A stretch of 62,922 nt of DNA, the filler included, from Perkinsus chesapeaki ATCC PRA-425 (Eukaryota > Protista > Perkinsozoa), in NCBI GenBank assembly GCA_013115145.1. It is 10 parts of 10 records of this genome, joined end to end, with 100 filler letters (N's around TTAATTAATTAA, not from the genome) between each part and the next. Parts side by side here need not be neighbours in the genome. Positions count along the whole stretch, not along the records: positions 1 to 22,420 come from JAAPAO010000582.1; positions 22,521 to 26,455 come from JAAPAO010001343.1; 8 more parts are not named here. The stretch is one strand, 5' to 3'. Below are positions 11,401 to 23,814 of the stretch, piece after piece. The translations under genes were made by a program, and so were the position numbers. The notes under the pieces are model-generated. The model was not told where the DNA came from. It saw only the letters and a program-made list of their open reading frames with translations, and did not search any database. Position 1 is the first letter of the stretch, and every line of letters starts with the position of its first letter.

Positions 11401-14400
11401 GTATAAATGTAGGCAACCCCCTCCGACACGTAACACATCCTTTATTACTACTGTTTCTGACCTCGGGGATTGTTGACCGGCTTTTCTATTACACACTCTA
11501 AATAGTCGACTCTCAAATGCAGCAGCTTACCAAAAAGCGATTTCTCCCCGAGATCACAATCTGTGAACCGCTTGAATCTTATCTATAGCGAGGTTGCCAG
11601 GTACCTCTGGCGAGGAGCATTCATCCGTGATTCACCTTACTCGGTCGCGGTTAACCCAGGGGTGCCATACGGGCCCGAGAGCCTAGTTCATAGTGCTGAA
11701 GCATCTGATATTACTAAACCGTTCACCTCTAGGCTCACTACACTCTACGTTCAAACCCGAGACATAGCCGGCAATGATTGCGACACATTCTACCCTGATA
11801 CAGTGGTGCTCGCATCTTTAACTTCTGACACCTCTAGCAGTGCTTGTCGTACCTCTTCACTGGCTTCCTTGGGGCACCCGATGAAGAGCGATGATAACAA
11901 GGGCGGAGTTTATGTTATACAACTTGTGCTGGAGAGCTGCGGACAACATACTTTAAGCGTAACAGTCAACGGTCTTCACGTGAAGTCGTCACCGTTCACC
12001 ATATCCATACAAGGAGGGCCCGTTGCTGCCCTCCAGGTTGTTGCTGATGGTACAGCTTCCAGGGAGTTCGTAGTTGGCCAGCGCTCTTACATTGATTTAA
12101 TATTAAGAGATGCTCACGGCAACCCGACAAGTGGCGATGGGTTCGATCCCGAGCGAGATGTTCATGCGAAGCTTGTGTGGCTGTCTCCATACGACAGGCT
12201 TAATGAGTACATATCACTGCCCGATCCTCCAGAGGGCGCTTCACTGTGTACTGGCTTCACAAGGAACGAGTGGCGTAGCCGATGCAGTGGCTTTGAGTTT
12301 CTTGAAGATTTCCTATTCCTATCCAACACATTTCCGGTGTCGATCGAGCCAGAAGTTGAGTACTTCAACCGTGACGCAGGTTTTGTCCGCCTAGCTTTCA
12401 CAGCCTTCAGAGCTGGGCCGAGCAACTGGTCTGTGACGATAAATGGTACCCGTATAAGAGGACCCTACGCAAGTCCAGACGTGGCACGTTTGGGCCCACT
12501 AGAGAGTTTAGAGGCGCGCGAGAATAGTCCATGGTATGCCTGGGGTAAGCCTGCCGAAAGGGCTTATGGCCCGATGAGCATCATACGCTATACCGACCTT
12601 CATTATCTGAGGGCAAGTCCGGCTCTTGCGAACGAGACCAATATAACAATTCTAGCTCTATTGAGGGACCGCTTCGGCAATGTCATTTCAGTTCATACTG
12701 GTCAAGACGTCACCATCCGAGTTGGAACATCTTTTGGCGTAGCAGATGAGCCTTGCAGCTACTCTGGTGGTGGCCAGTTCTTCTGCAGTATAATACCGGT
12801 GGTCGCTAATGACTCACAGGAGCTCAGTGTTGACATCGACGGTCTACCGGTCAGTGTCGTTGTTGGCGACCCACCGATAGGAGACCAATGCTACGGGCCA
12901 CGACCGTGTAACACTGACAAGGGGCGTAGAATAACGACTTCCACCGGGCTAGACATAACCTGCGATTGTCGGCAAGAGCTTATCTTTGGTAAGAGTCGGC
13001 AAGCCCTCATAGAAATAACCATTTCGCAGGACCCCATCTGATTCCTGTGCGACCGTCTTCACCGCGCGGGTATTACACAACCATTGATTGTCCGTATTGC
13101 TTTAAATACAGAGGGAGCTTGGTAGGGACTCGTCGGCAATTGGAGTTCACCCTGCATGGTTTTCTAGATTGCTGGCGGCGGTCCCTATGAGGCACTTGTG
13201 ACATTGCGGGACTCCGCCGGGAATCTGATAACTGATGCTGATAGCTATATTTCTGAAAATATTCCTTTTGAATCACGTGTCAAGGTAGGAACCGCAAAGA
13301 CTCCTATCGCACGATGTGAGTCCCTCGGCAAGGTCAGAGCGATCATTGGGGAGGAGTGGATGGAAGAGGGTATGATAAATAGCAACGGCACGGTGACACT
13401 CATGATCAAGTATACAGTCGCTGGTATAGTGAATGTTTATACCGCTGCACACTCACGTCCTCTTTAGAGATCGCAACATTGCGCGTACTTGTCGGAGTTG
13501 GTTGTACTACTCGAAGTGAGCGAAACAGCAGGCGTGTCGACTCGGATGTTTGTGAAGAGGTGCCGAGCCATCACAATGCTGTTACCATTGTTGAGTGTGC
13601 AGATAAAGGGTTCTCCGAGTGAACCACTCACCTTCCATCCATCGACTCCCTCTCCACTCGGTTCAGACTGTCGAATACCAGCAAACAGGGTGGGCAGCGG
13701 CGCCATCACCTGTGTCGTTCAGTCCGTGAGTAGATCCTACCACCACGCGTAGGGGAGGACTTTCTGGTCACTTGTTCGCCCAGAGATGCATACAGTAACT
13801 TGGTTTCCGACCCTGCAGCCAACGGACAACATTTTTTGGTCACTATGGAAGGTACGGTTCTTATGTATGTTGCTTATACATATTCAACTCGGTTCTATTA
13901 GGGCCCCCCACTCCGTTCGGAATTGCGGCCCGCCGGATATCTTCGTGGTTACGATACGACGCACTGGCTGGCGTGTATGATGTTAACGAGCCACGATAAT
14001 GATGCGTTACGCTTAGTTACACGAGCGCAAGAAGAAATGCAGGAGATTTAACTGACGAAACTCTAAGACCGTTGAGCTCGGGATTGTGGGATATTGTGGT
14101 GAGTGACCGTAACTGGCGCTCGAGAGGAGCTTCTATGCCGGGGTAGTCTAGCGGTTATGACGTCTGCCTTACACGTAGAAGGTCGCGAGTTCGATCCTCG
14201 CCTCTGGTATCCGTATCTTCATTGCAAGCAATCGATACTATTAATCCGAGTTTCCTATTCTACCGCAGGTTACGCAAGTTGTACCTGGTGGATCTCTGGT
14301 CACAATCTACACCACTCCCAACCAGGGAAGTAGCGGCCTACTTGACGCCATTTACACCACCTATGACCTCGATCAGGAATATCGGTGTGACTCATTCCTA

Positions 14401-17400
14401 GGTCAGGCATGAGCTTAGGTAGCACTTGCAGGTACACAAGGATTGATAATAATGTGAGCTTGGATGTGCCAGTAATGTCTCTAGTTCATGATGGGGCTCC
14501 GATATCGAGGTTAGAATATCTCATATAGACGACGAATCACTATTCAAAAGATGACCCTCAGGTGGAGTGTTACGTGGCGTTTTTGGCTTCGTCCACTGCC
14601 GATCGAGCCGTTGTATGGCGGCATCCACGAGTTCAAAATGGACACCACCGGGGGAACTAATATCTCATTTCGAGTCAATGGTAAGCACTCGGAAGCTTCC
14701 TCATCGATTCTGGTTTCAGGGACATTGTGCAGCTCGCTGAGTAGCTGTAACGTTACCCTGGATCCCCTCATCCACAACGTCTACCGTCCCTTCCCGTGCT
14801 CGGTTAATTATACTCATCAAGAGGGCCATGCTACTCTGAAGCTGCTCCATCGTTACCATTCGTTCGATTCCTCTACGGGTCCACCAATTATCACTAGTTG
14901 GAAGGAGGTGACTCACTTTATAGAAGCACCGCCTTCACTTCACCAGTTAGGTTAATGCTTCGGAACTTCATTATGGCCTGCCAGTTCGTCACATAAATAG
15001 TTTGGCACACTCCTACATGGCTCCTTTCCCGGCAACAGTCGGTGCTGGATTGGCTGCGTCTACCGAGAGCACACTAACCGACCTGGGTGTTCTATTTGCC
15101 TACAGCGAGAACTCTTTCACCTTCGTCCCTCGAGACGTATGGGGTAACGCAGCGACTTCATGGTACGAAACGACGCTCATCGAACGCCTGCATAGTTATA
15201 TAAGTGGTGATCCTGACACGACGATAACATGGGACTTGCATCCGACGGTAACAGGGGCGTATCGAGCCACTCTAAGACCCAAGATAAGCAGTGCGAGAAT
15301 GCGCACTACTGATATAAACGATCCCGACTTCTTGGCCAAAGCGAAAGTATCCTCTTTTTCTAGTTTGCTTGTTGTCACACTTGACGGTGGTGATATCAAA
15401 GACTCCCCCGCAGAGATACTGATCGGTCCTTCGAGCGGCTACGGCCGAGGAACGATAATTTCTGGTAGCGGCTCCTATGAAGCTACAGTGGCATTGACGG
15501 CGTCATTTGACCTGACGCTCTTCGATAGGCTGAACAACCCTCGGCTCGATTGGTCGAAAGATGATGATGTCGAGTGTTGGGTATCAAATACTCAAAGCTC
15601 GCATATTGTACCGATACACTGTGGCTTTTTGAACGACACTCAAACATGGAGATGTACATACACTCCTATAATAAGCGGTAGACTTCGAATTCAATGCAAA
15701 GTTAACGGTGATTTCGTTCGCGTTGGCGCTGTTGAATACATGACGGTGGTAGTGAAAGCGCACCCCGTTGCACCACAAGGCGCGGCTGTTCACGAAATTG
15801 CCAAGTCCGATGAGAATGCATTCCAACATATTGCCACAAGAGTGAACGCTTCGTTTACTGTATACAGTCCCGATACTGGGCATGTCTGGCCACGAGAGTA
15901 CCACAAGGATCAGGAACCACCACCAAAGCTTGGCCTATGGTACGAGGACATCTATGGTAACCGTGTAACCAATGACGAGGCTGTGGCAATGTTATGTGAG
16001 GCTGACTATCCCGCCAGACTCGACGAGCATGGTGTAGGAGATACTAGATCGGCATCTTCAAGGAAACAGATTGGTCCGGTGAGCATCGGCAATATATCTT
16101 CGTACGTTACCATTCGCGCAGATCGACCTTGATATCAATCTGGGACGATTTGATCTACCTCTACAACCGGAGGTCTTCCCATCTGATGGGTCGTATCGTC
16201 TTTGGTGCTTTATACTTCAACGGGGTGGTCTTTATCTCAGAGCTTGGGACTCCCCTTGGCCTGAAGATATGCATCATCCAACACAGGTCAAACGAGATGG
16301 TCGCGCACCTTGGCTGACTTTCTCTCTCAGAGACTTTTTCCATCTCATGTGTCCGAGACATTCTATAAGGCACCGACCGATTGGGGCTTCGCTTCCCTCA
16401 TCTGGGATGGCTTCTTGAGGCCTTCGGAGGATGCCATTTACACCTTATCGCTGAAATCACCTCCAGACGCTACGGCCACCCGACTTTTCTTCAACTATAC
16501 CGTCGACGCCCTCAATATGACCCTACCATTAAAGAGGAGCGTAATCTATCCCATACAAGTAGCAGAATCTAGTCCGGCACGTGGCGCTGCTCCCTAAAGG
16601 TACATGTCTACGGAATCAAAGGTGGCGAGTCCGTGAGTCTTCTATGGACTAATGGCACCGTTCCTCTCCATGAAGTCGACGCGTCATTCCTTTTACACTC
16701 GCCTTCGCTCCTGGCGGGCTTTCCTCGCTCCCTTAACGCTACAACTTCACCGACCGCGCGACGCCTTTCGCCTGCTCGACCTGACGAAGTCCCACCATCA
16801 AAGATAGCCAAGCCTATGACCTCGGGCATTCAGCAGCGCAGAAATCTGAAGAAATCGTCGCAGCTACTGTTGCCAGCACCGGAGAGGAAGAAGCATACTC
16901 CAACTGAGCTGGAGATTGCTAAAGAGAAGATTCTTGTTTCTCCGTCTGATACGGCGCATGTGTACCCTACGCATCGCCAACTGAGCGACTTGCCTGGAAA
17001 GCCAACAGTCGTACGTGGTCAGAACTCAGAGAATCGGATAACAGTGAAGTGGGATGCCGTTACTAGCCAGACGTCTCCAGTTACCTATACTGTCCTAGTA
17101 GACGGCGAAGTTGAAGCTACAGGTCTGGCTGCTTAGTCGCTCAACGCACAATATTTAAAAACTCAGGTGTCTCGGAATTATCGTACACATTGAGCCCCTG
17201 CAGCACAGGACAAGTCTATGACTTCACCGTAAAGCGACACTGTTAACAGTCTAGCTCATCAGATGCAGGTCTACGCCTCGTCCCCAGATGGCGATGGCCC
17301 ACCAAGTGATAATCTGAATCGACCATGTGGTCGAATCTCTGGTCCCACCGGCACCCCTAGGTGCGGCGGAAACCTTGTATCCCTTACCGTCGCCTCAGAT

Positions 17401-20400
17401 TGCGTGGGGCTGATTGCCTTGCTACTCCCCCATGGATTGCCTTTGAATGGGATCCTCCTATTGATGATGGAGGCTTCCCGCTTAGAGGGTATAAGATACT
17501 TCGGGCATCTGAAAATGATCCCTTCAACTGGCAACCTATTGATCCAGTTAAGCTTGCCGTATTCTTCATATAAGAACTGCTCAAATAGGTCAGCGGTCTT
17601 TCTGTCGACCAGACTAATTTTACCGATAAGCTGACAGAGTCCCTGGTTTACGGGGAGTACTACAGTTACAGAGTAGTAGCTATGAACGGCATCGACGACC
17701 TCGACCATTCCAATGCGTCCGAGCCACTTGTGGCTTTGTGCAGTAAACAATCGCATACCATCCGCCCTCCACTTCATCTCAGCTTCGCCGCCTTCCCCAC
17801 CTGCTCCTCCATCAAGGGATGATCCTCCTCAGTCTAGAACAGCCATCACCGTCACCTGGATAGAGGTGAAGACACCCAGTAGTTCAGACCATGCATTGCC
17901 GGTAGGCTGCCGATGTTGACGGTTACCGTCTCTATGCCAAGCGAAATGACTACGAAGACATCAATCTCATTTACGATGGTCTGGGCGTTCGTGATCGTCT
18001 AAGCTATAAACATTCTGGGCAAGTCCAACTCATCTTTAATGCTTGACATGGAATGCCTAGGTTAGAAACGGGAGTCTTCTATACCTACTGGTTGACGACT
18101 TTATCAGCCGCAAGTGAGAGCGGTCGCTCACGGCCCTTAATAGCCGTGGCCGCCGAACTAAGCGGTCCGCCGTTTAACGCGGTCTCCATGGGTCCGAAGG
18201 ATTTCAGGTGGGCCGAGCGCCGATGAGCACTGTAGAGTGGAGTTAGGTGGCAATACCCTGAGGACGATGGCGGATCACCAGTACGATCTTTCGAGGTCCT
18301 CATGAGACCGTTCAATGCAACTGGCAATTATCCGGTCAATTGGACTAGTCTCAACGACTCTGTGTTTTACTATCATCCGTGGCAGCGATCATTTTCTAGG
18401 TAGCCTCAAGCTTCGTAGCATACCGGCCCTATTGTCCTCAGGACTGATCTTTTCGGAGTTGGCCATGTGTTCTCCATGTCGGTTCGTGCCGTAACTGATG
18501 CCGGCAAAGGTCTGGCCTCCTCTGATGTGTCGGTGACGGGAGGCCAGCGACACCGCTATGTACAGCTCAAAGGCATGTCGGTGTCAGAGTAAGTATCACC
18601 ATGGCCAAGCACATCGGAATACTACTCATAGGAATTTCATCCGACTAGAGTGGGACAGTCCAGCCCCTGCGATACCCATGGATGTCTACGTCGATGATGG
18701 AAATGGTGGTCCTTTGCAACTTTGGCTCGATAACCTTCATGCCACCAATGTGGCAGTCGGTCCTTTGACAACAGGGAAAAGCTACAGGGTTCAGGTATGA
18801 AAATTGCTAAGGGTGAAAGAGCATGTAAAAGCAGAAGCCGGTTTAGCTTAGTGGTAGAGCGTCAGTCTTGTAAACTGAAGGTCGGCGGTTCGATCCCGCC
18901 ATCCGGCTTAGGTAGCCCTATGTCTGCCTATGGCTTCTCGGTAGCTTTCCCGTACGCCTGTTGTCGAACAAGCTCACCGCGTTGGGTTTGCATACAGCAA
19001 CCCTAGTAGGTTATGAGCTCAACTTCGTGTATCGCCGAGCAATGCCTTGGAACACCTACCACCTCGAATGGTCAGCCATCAGTGATCTCTAACATCATAT
19101 CTATAATCCTCTCTGGCCATGCTCAGCCACCGACTGCTCTCGTGCATGTTCGACACACCGGGACATCAGTGGAAGTAACCAGTTGGGATGGGCCAATAAT
19201 TCACACCACCGCTCTTATACTTCAGGTCTCCTGGGTACCTCATATTAATACTGGCGGTACACCTGTGACGTCATGGATTGTCGAACGTGACATTGGCACG
19301 TCTAACGTTCACAGATATCCTGATACAGAGTTCACTGGGATCGGCCTAGTCGACTCGGCTACGTCCAAGACTTTGTATGTCGACGCACCCCCGCTTCAGC
19401 AATCTTCTATTCTTGGCTGGTGCTGGCTTTGCCCCATTCGCTACCGATACAGAGTTCGCCCTGTCAACGCTGCCGGCATGTCTCGGTGGCCGTCGGCTGC
19501 CATAGAAGCATGGATGGTTCCCACACCTAGTCGGCCTACTGTTTCACTAGAGTATTTAAATGAAGGCCCATGCTTGATCTTGAGCTGGAATCGGGTGCCA
19601 TATGCCGACTACTACCAGGTAAACAACAGCGTGCCGCGATTCTGTCATCAATTGTCAGATACGTGGAGGCCCCTCCGATCCTGCTTTTGAAACATCAGAT
19701 GAAGTGCTCGTTAATGAGACTTCCGCACTGCAACGGCATTTTTGTCCGGACGACGGGGCCTACGGGAAGCGCCATAGCTTCTCCGTAAGATGCAGTCGCT
19801 TGTGAAGTTCATTTATGCACTTGCAGCCATATTTTGGCACCCAACTTCTAATCGACAGTGATTACAATGTGCAATCAGGTGCGACCGCTGAATCTCGCTG
19901 GCAACCCCGGTCCCTGGAGCTTGTACGCCACTGCCTTCATGGCTCGTCCACCCTCTCCACCTACCTCACTCCAGATGATCGATTCTGACTGCTACCGAGG
20001 GCCTAATATCACATTCCGATGCATGACAGCTGACTTTGGTATCATTGATAATCATACAATAGTCAATAGCACTGCATGTAACAAGCTCTCATGGGAGGCT
20101 CCCAATGACGAAGGAGGGTGTCCTATAGTAGAGTATCATATCTTCCGAGATGGCGATAGAATTGGCGGGGTGACAGGCAGTGTAACAGCTTTTGCTGACT
20201 TCAATGATACTTTAGTCTGTGGTCGAAAATACAAGTATGCAATAAGGGCGGTTAACTGCAGGCGAGACCAGTGCAGCCCGCCAGCGACCACTGAGGCACT
20301 TCAGGGCGCTCGTCCCCTGCCGCTCTGTTCTAAGTTCATTGAGACCGCTAATGGCTGGATTTGTGACGAGAACGGCTTGACAGGGAAGCCCTATTCGAAT

Positions 20401-21817
20401 AAGTCGATATACTACACCTGGCCTCGGCTTGGTAGCTCCTCCACCCTCAGAGCCGATTGGCAAGCGGGCTTCGTCGGCAACTGGAGCGTCCTAGGGTATA
20501 TCCTTCTCGTTGATGATGGTCGATTGGGTGATATGAAAGTGATGTTTAATGGAGTTAACTCGCCGGCTCAAACATATTACATTCATCAAAATCTTACTCC
20601 CGGTATGACGTATCGAGCTGCAGTACGAGCCGTTACGACTGTTGGTGAGGGTGAGCTCTCTCCTATACTATACACCACCATGGCCGAGCCTCCAGATCCA
20701 CCAACCAATCTCATAATCAAATGGGCGACTCCAACAGGCGGCGTCGACTTGTATTGGACTCCTCCAGTGTATACAGGCCATAGCCCAATTACCCATTATA
20801 TCATTCAACATCACGTCGCGGATGAGAACTCTGACTTCTTCACAGTCCCTCGGCTCCCAAGTGGCGTTGAGGAAGGACCTTATCGGTTAGATGAAGATGA
20901 CGACCTTGCTGGTGACCGAGAGTTCGAGTTCCGAATGGCTAGTGTTAATGTTGTTGGTCGGAGCCGGTGGAGCAGCATCTCATCAAAGTGGCTTGGGGAA
21001 TTGCCTGTTGCTCTACCAGATAGGCTTTCACCTTGGATATCGATGCTTAATAAGACACACATCGAGGTTTCATGGCCCCAACTAGATGACGAGTCATTGT
21101 TGAGGATGCCTAATATCTTTGGACCTCGGAAAGATGCTTGGGGATACGTGTTGTATCGATATTCTTACTCTGGTAACTTTACGCCCACCGAAGTATTCAG
21201 AGTATCGGCTGCAAGCGGAATAACCAGCGGCCTTGTTGCAGTGCCGAAAGATACTCAATGTGGAGGGCTGGTATGCATAACGTCACGTCTGTGGACGCTA
21301 GTTGGTGATGGGCCAGCATACCCAGAGCAAAAAGTATGCAGCGAGACTGCAGACATTCCGGGGATGCCCACCAACCCTACAGTCGTCCCGTGGTCTAGGA
21401 ACGATTCGAATGTTCTCATCTCTTGGCAAGACCCATCATATACAGGTTGCCATATTGTTGTTCAATACCTTGTAGAGATGTACGATACTACAGCAACAGA
21501 CGACGAGGCAATATGGCATTCAGCGGGGTGAGTAGTGATGAGTAAATGATGGACGTATATGATGCCAGGCTCGCCCCTGCCAACGTGAGCACGTTACAGC
21601 AACCTGAATACTATGAGATGGCGATGAACATAACAAATCTCGTCCCTGCTAAGGAGTATTGGTTTAGGGTTCGAGCGCGGACATATTTTAACTACGTTTG
21701 CAGTGCTAGAGATACCTGCACTTCAAGTAGCTTATCTAGAGTACTGTCTCATTAACTTGGTTGTATTCAGATTGGGGATTGCCGAGTAAGGAGGTCACAT
21801 TCACTCCAGCACGTTGA
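8436..21817 (+). CDS. Giant multi-exon FN3-repeat / PA14 / filamin-Ig-like protein
   Basis: Many FN3 signatures (LSWEEPDNGGSLIHTY, YVFRIYAANSVG, WEAPNDEGGCPIVEYHIFRDG, WTPPVYTGHSPITHY). PA14-like segments (WTGFVEPPYNDTYTF; WDGFLRPSEDAIYTL). Filamin-like repeats (VQTRDIAGN, HVKSSPFTISI). Ends WGLPSKEVTFTPAR*. The 5' start is uncertain and this could be more than one gene. Confidence 0.8.
14137..14209 (+). tRNA. tRNA-Val-TAC: tRNA-Val(UAC), inside an intron of the FN3/PA14 gene
   Basis: Acceptor GCCGGGG/CTCTGGT; anticodon arm TCTGC-CTTACAC-GTAGA; T arm GCGAG-TTCGATC-CTCGC; discriminator A. Confidence 0.93.
18837..18908 (+). tRNA. tRNA-Thr-TGT: tRNA-Thr(UGU), inside an intron of the FN3/PA14 gene
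   Basis: D arm GCTT-AGTGGTA-GAGC; anticodon arm TCAGT-CTTGTAA-ACTGA; T arm GGCGG-TTCGATC-CCGCC; acceptor GCCGGTT/ATCCGGC with one U-U mismatch. Confidence 0.9.
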
Positions 21818-22129
21818 ACATGATTCATTTCATTGCAGCGAAAGTACACTTCTCATCGATCTAGAAGGGGTTTAGTTTCCACATTAAGATAAGATGTTCC
21901 CTCCACCGACACCTCCGAGCCGCCGGCAGTGGCTTTGCGGGATTCTAGCCTCACCTTCTAACCCGAAAACTGCTCTGCCGTCGTGTCTAGTCTGGAACCA
22001 GAGACAAGTTAAACAATTGTGTCGAGCTGAAGAATGGTTGCTAGCGTGTCCTACTTCACCCCGACGTGTTTCATTCAGCATATTGAATATTTTTAGATAT
22101 TCGGTATTCCTTGCATTAACTTTCAATTT

Positions 22130-22420
22130 ATGTTTTTCACAACCATCGCTACAATCGCTTCTGCTGTTGCTGTTGCTTCGGCCACTGAGGATTCCTGTGT
22201 GTCTCTTTGTAATCAGATTGATGGCTGCAAGACTGCCAAATATGGATCATACTGCAAGGCGTGGAAGGAGCCAGCCGTATGTTTTGGACTTGTCAGGAAG
22301 GCTGATGGCTCTTATTGCTTCCAGCCCAATGATAAAGACTGTTTCGGTGACGCCGTCAGTTGTGACACTTCAGTAACCACTACTGTCGCTCCTGTGACCA
22401 GCACTACTGTCGCTCCTGTG
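22130..22420 (+). CDS. Secreted Cys-rich protein with Thr-rich mucin-like repeats (3' end lost in gap)
   Basis: Signal-like MFFTTIATIASAVAVASA, module CVSLCNQIDGCKTAKYGSYCKAWKEPAVCFG, then TTVAPV repeats. Confidence 0.8.
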
Positions 22421-22520
22421 NNNNNNNNNNNNNNNNNNNNNNNNNNNNNNNNNNNNNNNNNNNNTTAATTAATTAANNNNNNNNNNNNNNNNNNNNNNNN
22501 NNNNNNNNNNNNNNNNNNNN
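22421..22520. other. Assembly spacer N44-TTAATTAATTAA-N44. Others lie at 26456, 28707, 51946, 53507, 56033, 57353, 58457 and 60787 (each 100 bp).
   Basis: The identical six-frame-stop linker sits inside every N run. Confidence 0.98.
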
Positions 22521-22790
22521 TGACTGGAGATCACATGATACCCTCCACAGTTTACCGACACCGTTCTCTTTGCCAGCGATGTACCAATCTCCGGAGTCGT
22601 CAAAACTATAGGAGACGACAGGTACATCTCCCATTGGCAGCATATTAGGATAGTCGGTAGAGTCGACCTCGCAGAAGCTCTGGCCGGAGCAATTATCTGC
22701 AGAAGCAAGACGGCTTGTGGATCTAAGCATGGTGGAACCAGCAGCTCCTCGGAAAGCAAGGGTAGCAAGCACCACACATAAGGACATCAT
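22521..22790 (-). CDS. Secreted hypothetical protein, 5' part (truncated by gap)
   Basis: Signal-like MMSLCVVLATLAFRGAAG; the frame stays open into the gap. Confidence 0.55.
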
Positions 22791-23001
22791 AATGTCAAAC
22801 ATAGCTATTAATCAATTACAGAGAAAACAAACTATAAAAATATAAATAAAGCAATATAAATTGTGAAGCACATGCAATTGCACTGTTTGTTCATGAGGTT
22901 AGTTCGATTAATAGCAATAATAGCTCCGGCTCCATGTAACAATGTTCTCCAATTGAAGGAATTTGTGTCGCAAAAGATTCGTCGCACTCCTCTGCATCCG
23001 A

Positions 23002-23034
23002 TCAATAGTATTGATCAATAGTATTGATTCAATA
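23002..23034. repeat. Five alternating inverted hexamers TCAATA/TATTGA
   Basis: TCAATA-g-TATTGA-TCAATA-g-TATTGA-t-TCAATA. Confidence 0.8.
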
Positions 23035-23453
23035 CTATGTTGGGTTGCAGATGTTTCTCAAATCCGCGCTATAACCTTGCCATTTCATGCTGAATACTCC
23101 TGAATTCTAGTCCTATTCCGGCGTTGCGAATCGCGATTGAGCAGCATAGGGAGGGTTAAGGCTTCTCTTCAGCTGTGCTCCGGGAGCTTGATTCATTCTC
23201 GTTCAAGGTTGTTGATGGGAAATCAGTCTCCTGCTTTCGGATGAAACAACGCCTATTGTACTCGCCTTCATTAGAAGTGAGGACCGCGCCTGACCAGTTG
23301 AAACTATCCCTTTCTTGAAATAGGGTTATTCAAAGTCGTTGCCTTTGCGCCCCATTCTGAGCAACGTCCGCTTCTTGAAGGAACCCTCAGCTGCTTCGAG
23401 CTTCCTGTGCAAGACGCATCAGAGTTAATCCTTGGATCTCCTTTTGCTGTGAG

Positions 23454-23503
23454 TTTTGCGCTCATAATGAGCGCAAAATATTTTCAATAATGATTATTGA
23501 AAA
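23454..23503. repeat. Two adjacent perfect palindromes, each with a 1-nt centre
   Basis: TTTTGCGCTCAT-a-ATGAGCGCAAAA (23454-23478) and TTTTCAATAAT-g-ATTATTGAAAA (23481-23503). Confidence 0.9.
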
Positions 23504-23814
23504 ACTATTGAGGCATTCTCTAGGTTACCTTTCCAGACTCGATAGGTATAATACTGACTGCCGGTAGGCGTAGACAGGGTCTTAAGGAATAGCGGAGATG
23601 CATGTGAGCCGCGATACTATGACTGCGACATTTAGGAGTGGTTAAACGCCAAGCCCCAGGACTTCGACTCTTGAGCAGCCAATGAATATGAGCTAATTCA
23701 ATCCCTATAATGTGTGGTGCTCTGATAGTCCGTCCCCTTTGCTATTCATACTCTTCTCTTCAGCGTTGCTCCTACAAGGGTATTTGCATGTGCTTGCGTG
23801 CACCGGGCGACTTC

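Noticed and set aside
22465-22476. TTAATTAATTAA palindrome recurring nine times
   Set aside because: It is always centred in N runs, so it is an assembly linker. ORFs that cross it and apparent gene neighbourhoods across it are not biological evidence.
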